Below, piece after piece: positions 30,970-45,381 of a DNA stretch of 64,000 nucleotides. The notes under the pieces are model-generated. The model ran no database searches. It was not told where the DNA came from and saw only the letters and a list, made by a program, of their open reading frames with translations. How positions within the stretch are numbered: position 1 is the first letter of the stretch; each line of letters begins with the position of its first letter. This DNA comes from Salpingoeca rosetta (lineage: Eukaryota; Protista; Choanoflagellata), in contig JAWQFM010000002.1 of the NCBI GenBank assembly GCA_033442325.1, positions 2,320,615 through 2,384,614 on the forward strand. The letters run 5' to 3'. Made by a program: the position numbers and the translations under genes.

Positions 30970-31170
30970 ATGGAATCGTCTGGGTGAGCGCGGTCAAGGC
31001 GTGTCCTGAACGGCACTGCCTGGCCTGCGTGCATGCATGCTTGCTTGCTTGCCACGTCTTGTCGCACCAGCACAGCATGCTCGCACACAAAGACACGTCG
31101 ACACACATATCCGCATGTCGGACACACATATTTTCCGCATTGTATCGATGCTCCGATGGCGGGTTGTCTT

Positions 31171-31206
<36 letters not shown>

Positions 31207-33795
31207 ACACACACACACGCACGCACACGCGCGCACTTGCACATGCACACACGCGCACTTACAAACCATCCACACGCACATGCACACACTGCCACTCTTT
31301 GGTCCCGCCACTGATTCGTCTGCTTGGCTCGGATGTGGTCGACAACAGCAGCTCCAACCCGAAGAAGCGAGCCAAGTACGTGAATGATGGCACGCGTGCT
31401 GAACTTGCAGCTGGCTGGCCCATGGAATTGTTCCCCACACAACCATTCTTCCCCACACAACCATTCTTCCAACGTGATGTGGTGTGATGTCGTGGCATTG
31501 CAACACAATAATGCATGTTTGCATCCGCTCATGCATGTTTGTGTGCTCCAACGACTCGCCTTGCAGGAGGAAACCACGAGCCGCTGACGTTACCATCAGC
31601 GGCAGCAGCAGCAGCAGCAGCAGTAGCAACAGCGGCGCGAACAGCGGGAACAACAGCGGCAGCGAGAGCGTCAGCTCCAGGACCAGATCAAGGACCTCAA
31701 CGCCCCTGCCGCCCTCGTACGTGGCGTCGTATGGTGCCTGTGGTCCTGTGGTGTAGTTCATCAGTGTCGCGTGCTGTCGTCTTGCTGCCTGCGCTGTGCA
31801 TGAGCGTGTGCCAAGAGTACTCGCGCGCTCGTACACCTCATGCCCTTAACCATTTCCTTGTCTTGCTCATTGTTGTTTGTGCCTTCCTCATGTGTGCTTT
31901 GCTGAACTGTTTGCACGTGCGTGCCCCGTGGTGCAGGGGTGACGCCGCAAGCGACACCCTTCCTCCTCCTCCTCCTCGCCGCAGCTCGCGCCGGAAAGCA
32001 AAGAAGGCCACCCAACCCAGCGAGGCCGCCACTAGCGCCACAACCAGCAAGAAGAGCACAAGCAGCAAGGCCAGCAGCAGCAGCAGCCGCCGCAACAAGG
32101 GCCAGGCCAAGCGAAAGGCGGTTGCAACAAGCGAGTGGATCGAGGAAGACATCGACACTGCTGACACTGCTGACACCGGCACCACCACTGCCACCACCGC
32201 GGACACCGCTACCAGCAGCAGCAGCACCAGACGAAGCAGACAAAGCGGCGTCTCCCAGCGCAAGCGCGCCAAGACACGTCGCAGAAGCCACGCACCCTCA
32301 CCACCGCGTACGCCAGCAGCGGCGCCAAGAATTTGCAGCAGCAGCAGCAGCAGCAGTAGTGGCAGCGGCACCACAGGACCCGCATCCTCATCTTCATCTC
32401 GACGGCGCGCAAGCAGGCCATCTCAGAGGCAGCGCCGACAGCAGTTACAGCAGCAGCAGTTACACCAGCAGCAACAACAAGCACGCCATCGTCCGCAGCC
32501 AGACATGTCCGACAGAGCTGGTGAGTGCGCAGTGGCACGCATGACGCTGGGTGTGTGAGTGTGAGTGTGAGTGTGAGTGTGAGTGTGAGTGTGAGTGTGA
32601 GTGTGTGAGTGTGAGTGTGTGAGTGTGAGTTTGAGTGTGTGTGTGTGTGTGTGTGTTGGCATGTTTTGCAGTGCCAGCGGTTTTCCTCAGCACGCCTTTT
32701 TTTTTTCTCACCTTCCGGCTGCCTCCCTGTGTGTGCGCGTGTTCAGAGTCGTTTATGGCGGGCCTGCCCTTCCACCAGATTTTCGGCGCGCCACTCATGC
32801 AGCAGCGCGGCGGCTCGTCAGGTACACGTGCTTGTTGGTTTGGTTATGTGCTGTTGTGTGTGCGTGCATGTGTGTATGCGGCACAAGGGTTGTGCCTGTG
32901 TTTGCTGTGTTACTTCTCCGCGCCCATAGAGCGTGTGCGTGCGTGCGTGCTTGAAACACGCAGCCCAACTCGCAGCTCAACTCAGCCCCGCGTGTATGCG
33001 TGGTGTGTACACAGGCATCGTTGCTGGGTTGAAATCGGGTGATTTCCTGCAAAAGGAGCATGCCCTCGACACCCTCAACACCGTACGTCGCAGCGTGCTT
33101 TTGCAGCGCTTGTTTGTGTCTCCGCGCACCGCGTGCATTTGTTCGTGTTTCCTTTCTCTTCGCCTTCTTTGGGTCTGCGATGCGCATACACACGAACGTG
33201 ATGCCTGCCTCTGCTTAGCTACCTCCTGCTGACTCACTACATTTGCCCCTCCCCCGCTCCACGCACTGCAAACACACACGAATGCATGCGTGTGCATTTG
33301 GTTTGTTTGCGTAGAAATTTCTGATGGAGCCAGCGGAGCAGTGGCGATCGCTCCCCTTTGAGGAAATCATCGATGCTTTGGTGAGCCAGCCAGCCAGCCA
33401 GCCAGTTGTGTTGTGCCGTCTGCGCGCGCGCGTGTGTGTCTGTAAATTTGCGTGTGATCTTGTTTGTTGGTGTGTGTGCGCGCGCTTTGGGTTTGTTTGC
33501 GTGCTCGCGTCTGTGCCTGATTGTCTCGTTGACGTGCGTGTTATGCAGCTGCTTGCTACTCATCTCGCACATCGCGCAATACCACCGAATACCACGCAAT
33601 ACGACGCAATGTCACGCACTGCCCCTTGCAGGATGCCATCATCAAATCCATGAGCCCTGAGGACGCCCACCTTGTACGTCAACCCCATCCATAATCTATG
33701 TTCCCGGTTCTTCAACTCCATTGCACGCACTCTGCCTCGTTACTCTTTTTCTGTCTGTCTGCCTGTCTCTCTCTCTCAATATCTCTCTCTCTCAA

Positions 33796-33847
<52 letters not shown>

Positions 33848-36800
33848 CCCCCCCCCACATGCCTCTTTCATTTCCATCCTTTTCCCTCACTCCACCACGA
33901 TCGCTTTTCTTGTTCCCCCTTCGCCTTCACCCCCAATCGCTTGATGTGCTGTGCTATTGTTTTTCTGCCATATTGGTGTGGTGTGCAGGCGTCGCGCGCT
34001 GCCCGCGCTGCGTCGAGTCTTCTCGAGGCGCGGCCGCAGACTGCAAGCATCGTTGCCAAGCTGGGCCCCGCCATCATGTTTAGGGTACGGTGGTTTACTG
34101 TGTGCGCACGCGTGAGCTCAATGTGTGTGCGCATGTTCGTACGTGCGTGAAGAAAGGCCCACGCTCCACAATGCGCGCGTGGGGTCAGGCTCACGTGCGC
34201 ACCTTCCGTGTCGCATGCCCATGCTCATTGGTGCCATCTTATTCAAGCCCTCACGACACGTGCGACACGTGCACCGTTGCTGATGGTGGTGTTGTTTCAA
34301 CGTTTAGTTCCAGCAAATGGACATGGACTTTACGGAGGCTGGCCTGGCGTGCCTGAAGCGGCTGGCGCGCGAAGCTCCAACAGAAGTCCTGCAGCTGGTG
34401 CGTGCACCCGTGTCGACATGCCTTTCCATTCTGGCTGTCTGTGTCTGAATGTGGATGTTTCGTGTGTGTCTCTTTCGTGTGTGTATCTTTTCTTGTGTGT
34501 GTGTGTGTGTATCTTTTCTTGTGTGTGTGCTCTTCTCTCACTTGCGCTTCTTGTATCCGCTCCTGCCTCACTTCTTTCTGCGTGTTGTTCCACCCTGCCC
34601 CCTCCCCTTTCCATTCCCGCCCCGCCAACAGAATGCCGTGCCAACGGTGACGATGATGATCGACTTCTTCATGGGCGCCTCCCAGAAGGACGCCATTGAG
34701 CTCATCTCCTCCGCCGCAGACGTGTGCGACGCGTCCACCTTCCCCCAGCACATGCGGGAGGCTGTGTCGGGCCTGACGCAATTTCTCCGCATGTTTGCCG
34801 TGCGCGACCCCGCAGTTGTGGAGGCAACGTGCGTGCTGTTCTTCAAGCTCACCCGCAACCTGGCTGCGTCGCCGGAGCACGTGGAGGCCCTGGCCAGCGA
34901 CGGCCTCCCCGCCGTCTTTGTGCAGATTCTGCAGACCAAGCCGCTGCCCATTGCGCGGGAGGGGCTGACGGCCGTGCTGGCGTCGCTGGCCCTCATGGCG
35001 CGGTCGTCCACGGCAACGGCGGTGGCGCTGGTGCAAGACGACGCGCTGCTGCCCATGCTCAAGATGGCTCTCACCGACGCAAAGCACCGCAGCCGCCGCG
35101 CTGGCAGCACTCGTGGTGCTGATGGCACCGGCGCGGGGACAGCAGGTGCAGACGAGGACGTTGGTGTTGATGACGAGGGCGATGATGACGATGACGTTGC
35201 TGTTGTGGAGGGTGGTGCCGAAGACACGGCCACTGGCGCAAGCGCGCAACAGGGACAGGGACAGGAGGACGAGAAGCAGGAGAATCAGGGTGGTGCTGGC
35301 ATTGGCATGCAGTTGCGCGCCAACCAGCTGCTGCATGTGGTGGCCCTGATCCGCCACCTGCTCCCGCCGCTGCCGACAACCCACCCATTCCACACGTTTA
35401 CGCGCGACGTGCTGCCCACGGACGACGAGGCCGTGTGGGAGTGGCGCAGCGGGGCCAGCACGTGGCGGCCCTACACCACCGCCGCCACCGCCAGCATCGA
35501 GCGCGCATATGCCACGGGCGCGCCCTCTGTCACCATAACCGTCGGCTCGCAGACGTTTGTGGTGGACGTGCAGCGCATGCGGCAGATCAACCTGTCCTCG
35601 CACGGCGTGCGGGAGGTGCGGCGCACGGAGCGGCCAGCACCACCGCCCCCATCTGGTGACGCACTGCACAAGCACTACGCGCAGCACCCGGCCGCCTTGT
35701 CCAGCATGATTGTTGAGCTGATCCGCCCGCTGTTTGAGCTCTACCTTGCCAGCGCGCGCACGGACATCCACGCCGAATTTGCCCACACGCTCGTGCGCAT
35801 GGTGCACGCTGCGACGCCGCCGACGCTGGTTGAGTCGCTGCGGTCCGTGTCCATGTCAAACTACCTGGCGCAGATGCTGCACTCGCGCGAGCCCGTGGTG
35901 GTGATGGGCGCGCTGGCCACGGCCTCGTGCCTGCTGCAGCGGCTACCGGACATTTTCGCCGTCCACTTCCGCCGCAAGGGCGTGCTGCATCGCGTGGAGC
36001 AGCTGTGCAAGATGCGCGTGGAAGTGGTGGCGCCCACGCCGGCGACGCCAGGCGCATCCACAGCAGCGGCGGAGGGAGGGTCAACGCCGTCCACGCCGGC
36101 AGCGGCAACAGCAGCGACACCCGCCACGCCCTCGGACGCGTTGTCTGCACCCTCCCCGCACGCAGCCATGCTGTCGCTGCAGCGCAGAAACACGGCGGCG
36201 GCGCGCGAGGAGAGCAGGAACATGCGCCGACGCGCCCGCAAGCAGCGCATGATGCAGGCGAAGAAGGTCGCGTACGACTTTGCTCGCGAGGCTTTTGGCG
36301 ACGTGCTGGCCTCCACGGAGGCAGACGCCGACATCGACGCCATCATCTCGTCAGTACACTTTCATCTGTTGATGCGCAGTTCGTGGTTGTGCGTGTGCGT
36401 GTACTTGTGTGTGTGTGTGTGTACTTGTGTGTGTACTTGTGTGTGTACTTGTGTGTGGTTGTGTGTACCCTCGTGTGTGTACTCGTGTGTGTGTGTCTGC
36501 CTATGCGTGCGCGTGGGTTTGTATTTGTGTGTTCACGTGCGCCCATGCTTGTGTTCTTCATGTTGCGTTTGCGCGCACATTCACTTGCGCTGTTATGATG
36601 TTGCCACCTTGTGAATTCTTCGTCGTCTGCTTTCCTTGTGTTACCCCTCATCCCATCACGGTCACGTTCGCACAACACTCGGTGCTCAATGCTCAACGGG
36701 CAATCTCACCCCCCCCCCCTCTTATGCCCCCAACATTTGCCACCATTTGCCACCATTCGCTGCTTGCGCAGGGCGGTGAAAGCGGCGACGTCGGAGTTGC

Positions 36801-39430
36801 GTGCAGCCACGTCCCCGTTTGACCAGGACAAGGCCAGTGCCGCGCTGACGAAGCTGTCTGACCTGTGTTCAGGCAATGCAGACGGCATGACGGCCTTTGA
36901 GTTCACCCACTACGGTACGGCACACGCCCTCGCCACATTCCTGACGGTGGAGGATGACACGACCCCGCACAGGCTTGCGCTCTTTGCCCACCTGTTTCTC
37001 GTGCACGACGCGGCCAAGTTACATGCGCTGCAACGCCTGCTTGATCTGGTGCACGGCGCCCTCAACCTCAACGAGAACTTTGAGTCGTCGGGCCCGACCA
37101 AGCAGCAGTTTGAGCGGCGCAACTTCACCGTACGCGTCTCCCGCGCCGCTGATGAGAAGAACCTGGGCAGCGTCGACCTCAACCTCTCCGTGCCTTCCAC
37201 AGTCACCGTCCAGGTGCGCTGTGTGTCATGCGTTTGTGTGGGGTGTCTGCGCGTGCTGTGTTTGTTTCATGTTCGTGCGCGCATTCGCTTTTTCCATTCA
37301 CTCTTTCCATTCACTCTTTCCATTCACTCTTTCCATTTGCTCTTTCCATTCACTCTTTCCACTGCTCTTGAGCATGCACTCACGCTCCAACCCCACACAC
37401 AACCTTGACCCCTCTCCCTCGTCACGCCCCACGTGTTTCAGGCGCTGTATGACTATGTGGACAAGCACCTGAAGCAGGCGCGGACGGGCCCCGACCGCCT
37501 GCGCGAGGCACACCGCCTCCTGCGCCGGCACACCGAGGCACAGCGGCGACGCAGGCAGCAGCAGCAGCAGCAAGAGGGCGGTGGTGGTGATGATGGTGGC
37601 GAGGGCACACGTCGACGGTCCTCCCGGCGGCGCGGGCAGCAGCAGCCGGCGCTTGGTGGTGCTGATGCTGATGCTGGTGGTGATGGCGACGAAGACACGA
37701 CGGGCAGCGACACCACGCGTACGCACGCCCGTCGCTTGCGGCGGTCCGCCCGGCGGCACGGCGCTCGCAGAGGAGGCAGCAACGGCAACGATGGCGGTGA
37801 CGAAGACGCTGGTCTTGGCAGCGGGGACGCGGCGTCGGACCTGCTGTCTGCGATTGCTGCCACGCTGCGGTCACGTGGGCGCGCTCCCGGCAATGACGAA
37901 GACAACGAGGACGAGGATGACGATGGTGACGGCGACGTGAATGAGGATGGGCTTGAGGCCGAAGAAGTGCTGCGCTACTTGCTGGGCGGAGGCGGTGAAG
38001 ACGAGGAGGAGGAAGAAGCCGATCTCGAGGCGCAGGAGGAGGAGGGCGATGAGGAGACGCCGGCAGATGCACCCCAGAAGGTTGTGGTTGACGACGCTGG
38101 CGACGACGCTGAAGGTGGTGCTGATGCGGACGATGATGATGGGCATGGCAATGCGGGTGATGGCGGTGCTTCGACGGGCTCCAACGCGAGTACCCGTGCT
38201 CGCTTGTCGCGCACCTCTCGTTCACGCGCATCTCGACTCCGTCACCAACGCCTTGCACGCAGCGATTCAGGTGAGCGCGTGCGTGCAATATGTCGTGATG
38301 TTGTGATGTTGCAATGTTGGGCTGTGTGTTGTGCGCGCGCGCAAGGGAACAAGACGTGCTTGCGCCTGGAATGCGTGTTCGTGTAGTTAAATGGTCGCAG
38401 CTGTACATTTCTGTCTTGTCCCCCCCCCCACACACACACACTCACGCATCTCGTTGTGACATCATCTGCTTGCATTCGCAGGCCAATCTGTGCTGCGCAT
38501 CTCCGCCGGGGATGACTGGTGGAAGGTGATTGCAAAGGGCTTCCGCAACAAGAACGCCCTCGACCTCACGCTCAACGGGCAGGTGCTGCCGTGGAACTAC
38601 TCCATGATCCAGGCGGTGCGCGAGCTCACCTCCGCCTCCCGCCCAGCCAGCCGCAGCGGCAGCCGCACACCAGGAGTGGACGCATCTTCCACCGGCGGCA
38701 GTGACGACATGCCAACACGCGTTCACGTGAAGTACCGCAAGGCCAGCGCCCGCTCACGCCAGGTGTCGGTGCAGAGCCTGCGGCCAGACTCGCGCACGGG
38801 TGGCGCCGGCATTGGCGGTGTTGGTGGCGGGGACGCAGATGGCGCGGCGACCACGCTTGACCTGCCGGCAGCGGCCACGTCCATCACGCAAGCGGAGGAA
38901 GTGGCAGACCTGCTCCGCATCCTGCGCGTGCTGCACATCCTGGCCACGGACGGTGTGCGTTGGATTGGCGCCTATGCTGCAGCCGCCATCGCCATCTCGC
39001 CAGCCGCGTTTATCAACCGCCGCCTGGCCGCCAAGATCATGCGCGAGGTGGCCAACACGCAAGCGCTCACCAGCGGCACGTTTCCGGACTGGGTGACGGA
39101 CGCCATGTCCTGCTGCCCGTTTGTGCTGTCGTACGACCAGCGCGTGCGCTTCTTCCGCTACACGGCGTTTGGCTGTGCGCTCGGCCTGCGCTACCTGACG
39201 GGCGACGCCGGCGAGGGCGACAACCAGCCGCTCGCGCAGAGCAAAGTGCAGGTCTCGCGCAAGCACCTGCTGGCAAGCACGGCGCACATCATGCACCTGT
39301 ACGCCACGCACCCGACTGAGCTCTCCGTGAGCTTTGTCGGGGAGGTGGGCACCGGGATTGGGCCCACGCTCGAGTACTACGCCCGCACGTGCGAGCAGTT
39401 TCAGCGGCGCGACCTCAACCTCTGGCGTGA

Positions 39431-39474
<44 letters not shown>

Positions 39475-41383
39475 CCACCACCACCACCACTGGCAGCAGT
39501 GGTGACGGTGGTGATGCAGTCGCCAAGGCAGAGGAGGCCGATGAGGAGAAGAAGGAGAAGACGAAGGAGGAGGAGAAGCAGACGAAGCAAGAGGAACAGC
39601 AGCAGGTGCGTGAGGGCGGCGATACCAGCGCAACAGCGGGTGATTCCAGCGAGCACGAGTTTGTGTTTTCGCCGCAGGGCCTGTACCCCAAGCCCGTGCA
39701 CGCGCTGGGTGAGCGCGAGGGGTACATCTTTGAGCTGTTTGGCGCGTTTGTGGCCAAGGCCATGCAGGACAACCGCCCGCTTGACCTGAACCTGAGCCCG
39801 GCGTTTTACGGGTGGATGGTTGGCGCGCCGCCGTGCACGCTCGCAGACGTGCGGGATGTGGACGAGGGCCTGTACAAGTCGCTGGTGAAGCTGCAAGCAG
39901 CGGCTGATGCGAAGAAGGCCGTGGACAATGACACCTCCCTCGACGCAGCGGCGCGCGCAGAAAAGCTTGCCGCCATCACGGTGGACGGGTGCCCTGTTGA
40001 GGACCTGTGCTTGGACTTTACGCTGCCGGGCCACCCTGACGTGTCGCTTGGTCAGGCCGGTGCAGACACGCCTGTGACGCTGGAGAACCTCGGCGAGTAT
40101 GTGGCCGCTGTTGTTGATTTTACGCTCCTGCGCGGCGTGCGGGATGCAATGACCAGCTTCACAGCCGGCTTTGCCGCCGTGTTTGACATGCGCACCCTCA
40201 CCCTCTTCACCGTCGAGGAGGTGCGTCTTGTTTGTGGGGACGCGAGAAGGGGGGGGGGGAGTGACAGTGAGAGGGGAGGGCAGTGAGAGGGGAGGGCAGA
40301 GGTTTGCTGGTAATGTGTTTGGATGTATGTGTGTGTATGTGTGTGTGTCGATGCATGTTTGTGCATGGTTGTGACCGTGTGTAATTGTGTGTGCGTGTGT
40401 GTATATGTGCGAGTATGTGTGTGATTCAGTGTGCTTGTTTCTGGATGTGCGCTCTTTGAACCGGCTGCTCACGGTTTGGCTTGGTGCATGTGGTGGTGTT
40501 GGTTTGCGCGTGCACAGGTTCGCACCGTTGTGTGCGGTTCTCGCGTGGAATCGTGGGACTACGATGGTGAGCAGCCATGATCTCGTGGTCACCACCTGTG
40601 ATGTGATGTGCATGCAGCGGTGTTGTTGCGGAGGGCTGTTCAGGCAGAGTTCATTGCCACGCTTTACATCTCATCACCCCCTCCCCTTTGCTCATCCCCA
40701 CTTGTGTTTCGATTGCCTCCCTCTGCCCCCCCCCCCTCCCCAAACACGGCATGTTTTGTTGTCAGAGCTGCGCGCGTGCATCAAGGCCGAGCACGGGTAC
40801 GATTCATCGTCGCCGCAGGTGCAGCAGCTGCTGGAGGTCCTGGTGGAGCTTGATGTCGACAACAAGCGGAAGTTTGTGCAGTTTCTCACGGGCTCGCCAA
40901 ACCTTCCTGTCGGAGGTGCGGTTTGCGGTGTGGTGTGGTGTGTGTGTGGGGGGGGGGGTTGTGTTCGTGGTGTGATCATGGATTTGTGATGTGGCGTGCT
41001 TGTGGTGGGGTGTGCGTTTGGCTGTCTTGGCTGGTCTTTATGCTGTGGATTTTTCCTGCCTGCCATTCGTCTGCATGATGCGAGGTGATGTGACTTGTAA
41101 TTTTGATCAGTGCACTGTGATTTCTGCCACAACGTTTCCCTCACCGCCCCCCCCCCTTCTTCTTCCTCCCCGCTTTTTCGGTGCATCAGGCTTCAAGGCG
41201 CTCAAGCCGCCGTTTACCGTTGTGATGAAGGACGCGCAGGGCCTGTCCCCAGACCAGGTGCTCCCCTCTGTCATGACGTGCCAAAACTACTTCAAGATGC
41301 CCACGTACAGCAGCAAGGACGTGTTGCGCGAGAAGCTCCTCATGGCCATCACCGAAGGACAGGGCAGCTTTGACCTCTCTTGA
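30970..41383 (+). CDS. TRIP12: TRIP12/UFD4-like HECT E3 ubiquitin ligase with ARM region and WWE domain
   Basis: Proposed start MESSG|SSNPKKRAK. S/R/K-rich N-terminus, ARM-like exons (..IDFFMGASQKDAI..), WWE (VWEWRSGASTWRPY..IERAY..VDVQRMRQIN..REVRR, ~35433-35625), FRRKGVLHRV, and HECT motifs FVGEVGTGIGPTLEYY, DLCLDFTLPG, HGY, FVQFLTGSPNLPVGG, LPSVMTCQNYFKMPTYSS..EGQGSFDLS*. Confidence 0.94.
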
Positions 41384-41438
41384 GTGGACGGCACGCGTGA
41401 TCACCAGCAGCACACGGGGACGAATGTCAACAGACGTG

Positions 41439-41512
<74 letters not shown>

Positions 41513-41812
41513 CTATGATGGCAAGACCAAGCCGTTTCTTCCCAACACCAAGCGAGCCAGATCTTAGAGTGCCAGCCCAATAAACTACATGGGTCAACAC
41601 AATCACATGGTTGCTTGTTTGGAGAACGTGTTTACTTGCAACCAGAAGCTCGGCGGCCGGCAACGTTTGCGGAACAAAAGCGCACGCACGCACACGCACG
41701 CACGCACACGCATGCACACACACACACACACGCACACACACACACACGCACACGCACACAGAGGGCCAATAAGTAGGCGAGTTGGAGTTCGGACGAGGGC
41801 ATGAGGCATCCA

Positions 41813-42000
41813 TCAGTCCGCGATGGCGAGAACGCCAAGCGTGATGTAGCGCTGTGCAGTGATGCGTGGGTTGGCGCCGGGCAGGTCAGCCACCTTCATC
41901 ACCGTGTTGACGGGAATCTCTTGCATCTGCTTTGCCAGCGTCCAATCCTCGTCCGAAAACTGCATCACCCACCTGCGCGGGGTTGGGCGAAACAGGGCAT

Positions 42001-42084
<84 letters not shown>

Positions 42085-42278
42085 NNNNNNNNNNNNNNNN
42101 NNNNNNNNNNNNNNNNNNNNNNNNNNNNNNNNNNNNNNNNNNNNNNNNNNNNNNNNNNNNNNNNNNNNNNNNNNNNNNNNNNNNATTATCGGGGAAATCT
42201 TACGACACAATCCAAGAGTGGGTCAAGTCCCATTGTTCCCACAGTCGAGACTTGCAATCAAACATACATACAAGCAAA

Positions 42279-42339
<61 letters not shown>

Positions 42340-43450
42340 GCGCAAAGAGCCAGGACTGACTTCCTGTTGATGCCGAGGATGCGCGGGACAAGGGAACCGG
42401 GCTCATCAACGAGGTCCTCGAGGGCGCAGATGAAGACGCCGCGACGCCGGAACACGCGCGTCTCGCCCGTCAGCGTCACCAGTCGGCCAATCGAGCCCAT
42501 GTCTGCAGAGGGAGATGCATGTGTTGTGTGTGTGTGTGAGAGTGTCATGTTGTGCTTCGCGTGGTGGCTGTCGCGCACAGTTGAAACGCACACACTGACA
42601 CGCACTCACTTACACACACACGCACACACACACTGACACATTGACACACACCATACAAGACACAAGACACTCACACATAGATCAAGACCAAAACCCAGGT
42701 CCATCCGCCCACACCACACCTGGCATGGCCTTGAGATGACCGCCGCAGTTCATCATGACTGGCAGCTTCAGCCCGTGCACGAGGCCCTGATCACTGCGCA
42801 GGCGACGGAACGCCTGCTTGGTGGCACCACACATGCCGCGGGGCGCGCAGTACTCTTGCAGCTGGTCGATCGCCGACTGCCAGCGTGGGCGGATGGCATC
42901 GACCACCTCCGTGGGGATGCGTGCGTTGTCGTCCAGACCTGTCGGCAGGGATTCGCGCATGATCCTGAGCGTCGAGGATGACTCGTACGTGTGCTGCGAC
43001 AGCTGTTGATTGCATCAGGTGTGAGTGAGTGTGTGTGAGTGTGAGTGAGTGAGTGAGTGTGTGTGAGTGTGAGTGAGTGGGTGGGTGAGTGTGTGAGTGA
43101 GTGAGTAAGTGAGTGAGTGAGTGAGTGAGTGAGTGAGTGAGTGAGTGAGTGAGTGAGTGAGTGAGTGTGTGAGTGAGTGAGTGAGTGAGTGAGTGAGTGA
43201 GTGAGTGAGTGTGTGTGTGTGTGTGTGTGTGTGTTCGCGCGAAGACACAATGGAAGTGAGAGGCGAGCACAGTTATGATGTATGTGCGGCGCAGGCATGT
43301 GGACGCAGGCAAACACTGTCACGTACGGAGCTTGCAGTGGCGGCGCTGAGAGTGTTGTGTGTTTGAAAGGTCATGAGGGCCTGAATGATGACGTTCACAA
43401 ACGTAAAACCGTTGTCGTCGAGCGAGACGGTCAAGTGCAACGAGTGCTCA

Positions 43451-43507
<57 letters not shown>

Positions 43508-45381
43508 TTCAGAGTGGGTGGTCAACAAACGCGCAAATCAGGAAGCAATGAGGAGTGCTGCACGTGTGCAAATATGCTGCGGGCCAAGCGAATATTGGAA
43601 GAGAGGCCATACCAGATGTTTCGGCAGCGTGGATGACGCCTGTGTTGCAGATGGGGCGAGCAGACGATCCGTGGTGAGCAATACTTAATCATGCCACGAA
43701 CACTGTCGCATAATGCAGATATCACCCACACACACACACACACACACACCACCACACACACACACACACCACAGGTGAACACAGTGCTTGTAGGTGTACA
43801 AGCGTACCGCGGGGCACAATGAGGGTGTCGCCTGCGTGCAGCGTAAAGTTGAACTCTTGCAGTCCGACAAGTTCCTCCTCCTTGAAGAAGCGTGTCAGCC
43901 GCTGTGACGCAGCCTCTTGCTTGTGGTACCAGGGGAACGACCGCTCTTCCGGTGGCGTGAACAGCCGCCAGTGCTTCTTGCCTTCAAGCTGTTTGAAAGT
44001 GTGTGTACAGACGCGTATGGGCGTGTGTTTGGCACTTGTCAGCAAGTGAGGTACGATGTCCATCGTACAACCAGGTAGGCAGGGAGGCAGGCAGTTCGAT
44101 ACACACACACAGACACAGACACCGACACAGACACACACACACACACAGACACACACACACACACACACAGACACACACACACACACACACACAGACACAG
44201 ACACACACGCACGCACGCATGGAGGGGACCTGGAGGATGATGACGGCATGAACATCTTGGTGGAAGATGAAGCCGCGAGACTGGGCCGGGGTCAGATAGA
44301 TGTTGGTGGCAGAGAACAGACTTGTCTCCTGTCAGGTGCAGCAAAAGGACCAAAGCAAGCAAGCAAGTGGAAAGGTTTGGATCAGCGTGAGTGAAGAAGC
44401 GCTGACGGAACGGACAAGCGATGAAGACCACAAGAAGAGCACCTGGAGTAGTTCAGCCCAGATGTCACAACGACAACACCGGTGACTGGATGCACTGCAT
44501 TGTCAACAACGCGACACACCAATGCGGGTGTGCACTGACCCTCTCCAAAGCCCACGAGAGCGCCCAGATGTGTTCGTCGCGCGTGTGGACTGCGGTCATG
44601 ACGGCGGTGCTGCCATTGCGGGCAATGGAGTCCAGCACATCGCCGAGCTGGACGGGCTCGTCGTTGGCGAAGACCTGATTGAAGGAAGAAGATGGTGGGA
44701 GTTAGGGTCGGTGAATGGAAGGAAGGGCAAAGGCATCAACATCGCCTTGTATGGTCAGTGAGACGACCACAAGCAATCGGATACAAGCACATGGATACAA
44801 GCACACGTGCGCGTTCAAGCAAGAGCATGCAAGTACACTCGCATGCACTCACACACACACGCTCACACACTCACACATTCGCACACATACGCACACGCAA
44901 ACGCACACATATACATATACACAAACACTCGCACATACATACACACACGTGTGCATGACCCAGCATCAGCACTGACGGTGTCGCCGTTGCGGACGAGGTT
45001 GAAGCCGGCCTCATACTTGTGGCGATAAAAGGTAAGGAACCGGAAGAAGTCTGATGAGGTGAAGAGCTGGCCATAGTAGTTGGGGTCATCGCGGGCAATG
45101 TGCAGCGGTCTCCTGCCCTCCACAATCAGGTCTGTGATCTCCTGGAATCGGTGCGGCCACACGATGCGCTCTCCCGTTGCCAGGCAGTGGCAGTCTGGAT
45201 CTTCCTCGTCGTTGCTGATGCGCGTGCACTTGCTCGGCCGCATGTACATGTGCATGTCATCGTGAACCGCCCGCAAGTGCAGTGGGCAGTCAATCTCCGA
45301 AGGCAGCGCAGTGCTCCAGCCACAAAGCACAGCCAGCACTCCTACAACAACAGCGACCAGAGTCGCAGCAATCCCCTTCAT
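41813..45381 (-). CDS. RIOX/NO66/MINA53-type JmjC (cupin) 2OG-Fe(II) oxygenase with N-terminal signal peptide
   Basis: Spliced product: MKGIAATLVAVVVGVLAVLCGWSTA-LPSE..RPLHIARDDPNYYGQLFTSSDF..|..TNIYLTPAQSRGFIFHQDVHAVIILQ|LEGKKHWRLF..TLHAGDTLIVPRG|VIHAAETS|DEHSLHLTVS..MRESLP..|..MKVADLPG..AQRYITLGVLAIAD*. The HxD..H triad and the 2OG-binding Lys are present. One intron contains an N gap. Confidence 0.88.
42085..42184. other. Assembly gap (100 N)
   Basis: N run next to a (GT)n tract. Confidence 1.

Noticed and set aside
42185-42270. Unique sequence after the gap as an extra JmjC exon
   Set aside because: The candidate exon has an in-frame stop, and the flanking exons already join in phase.
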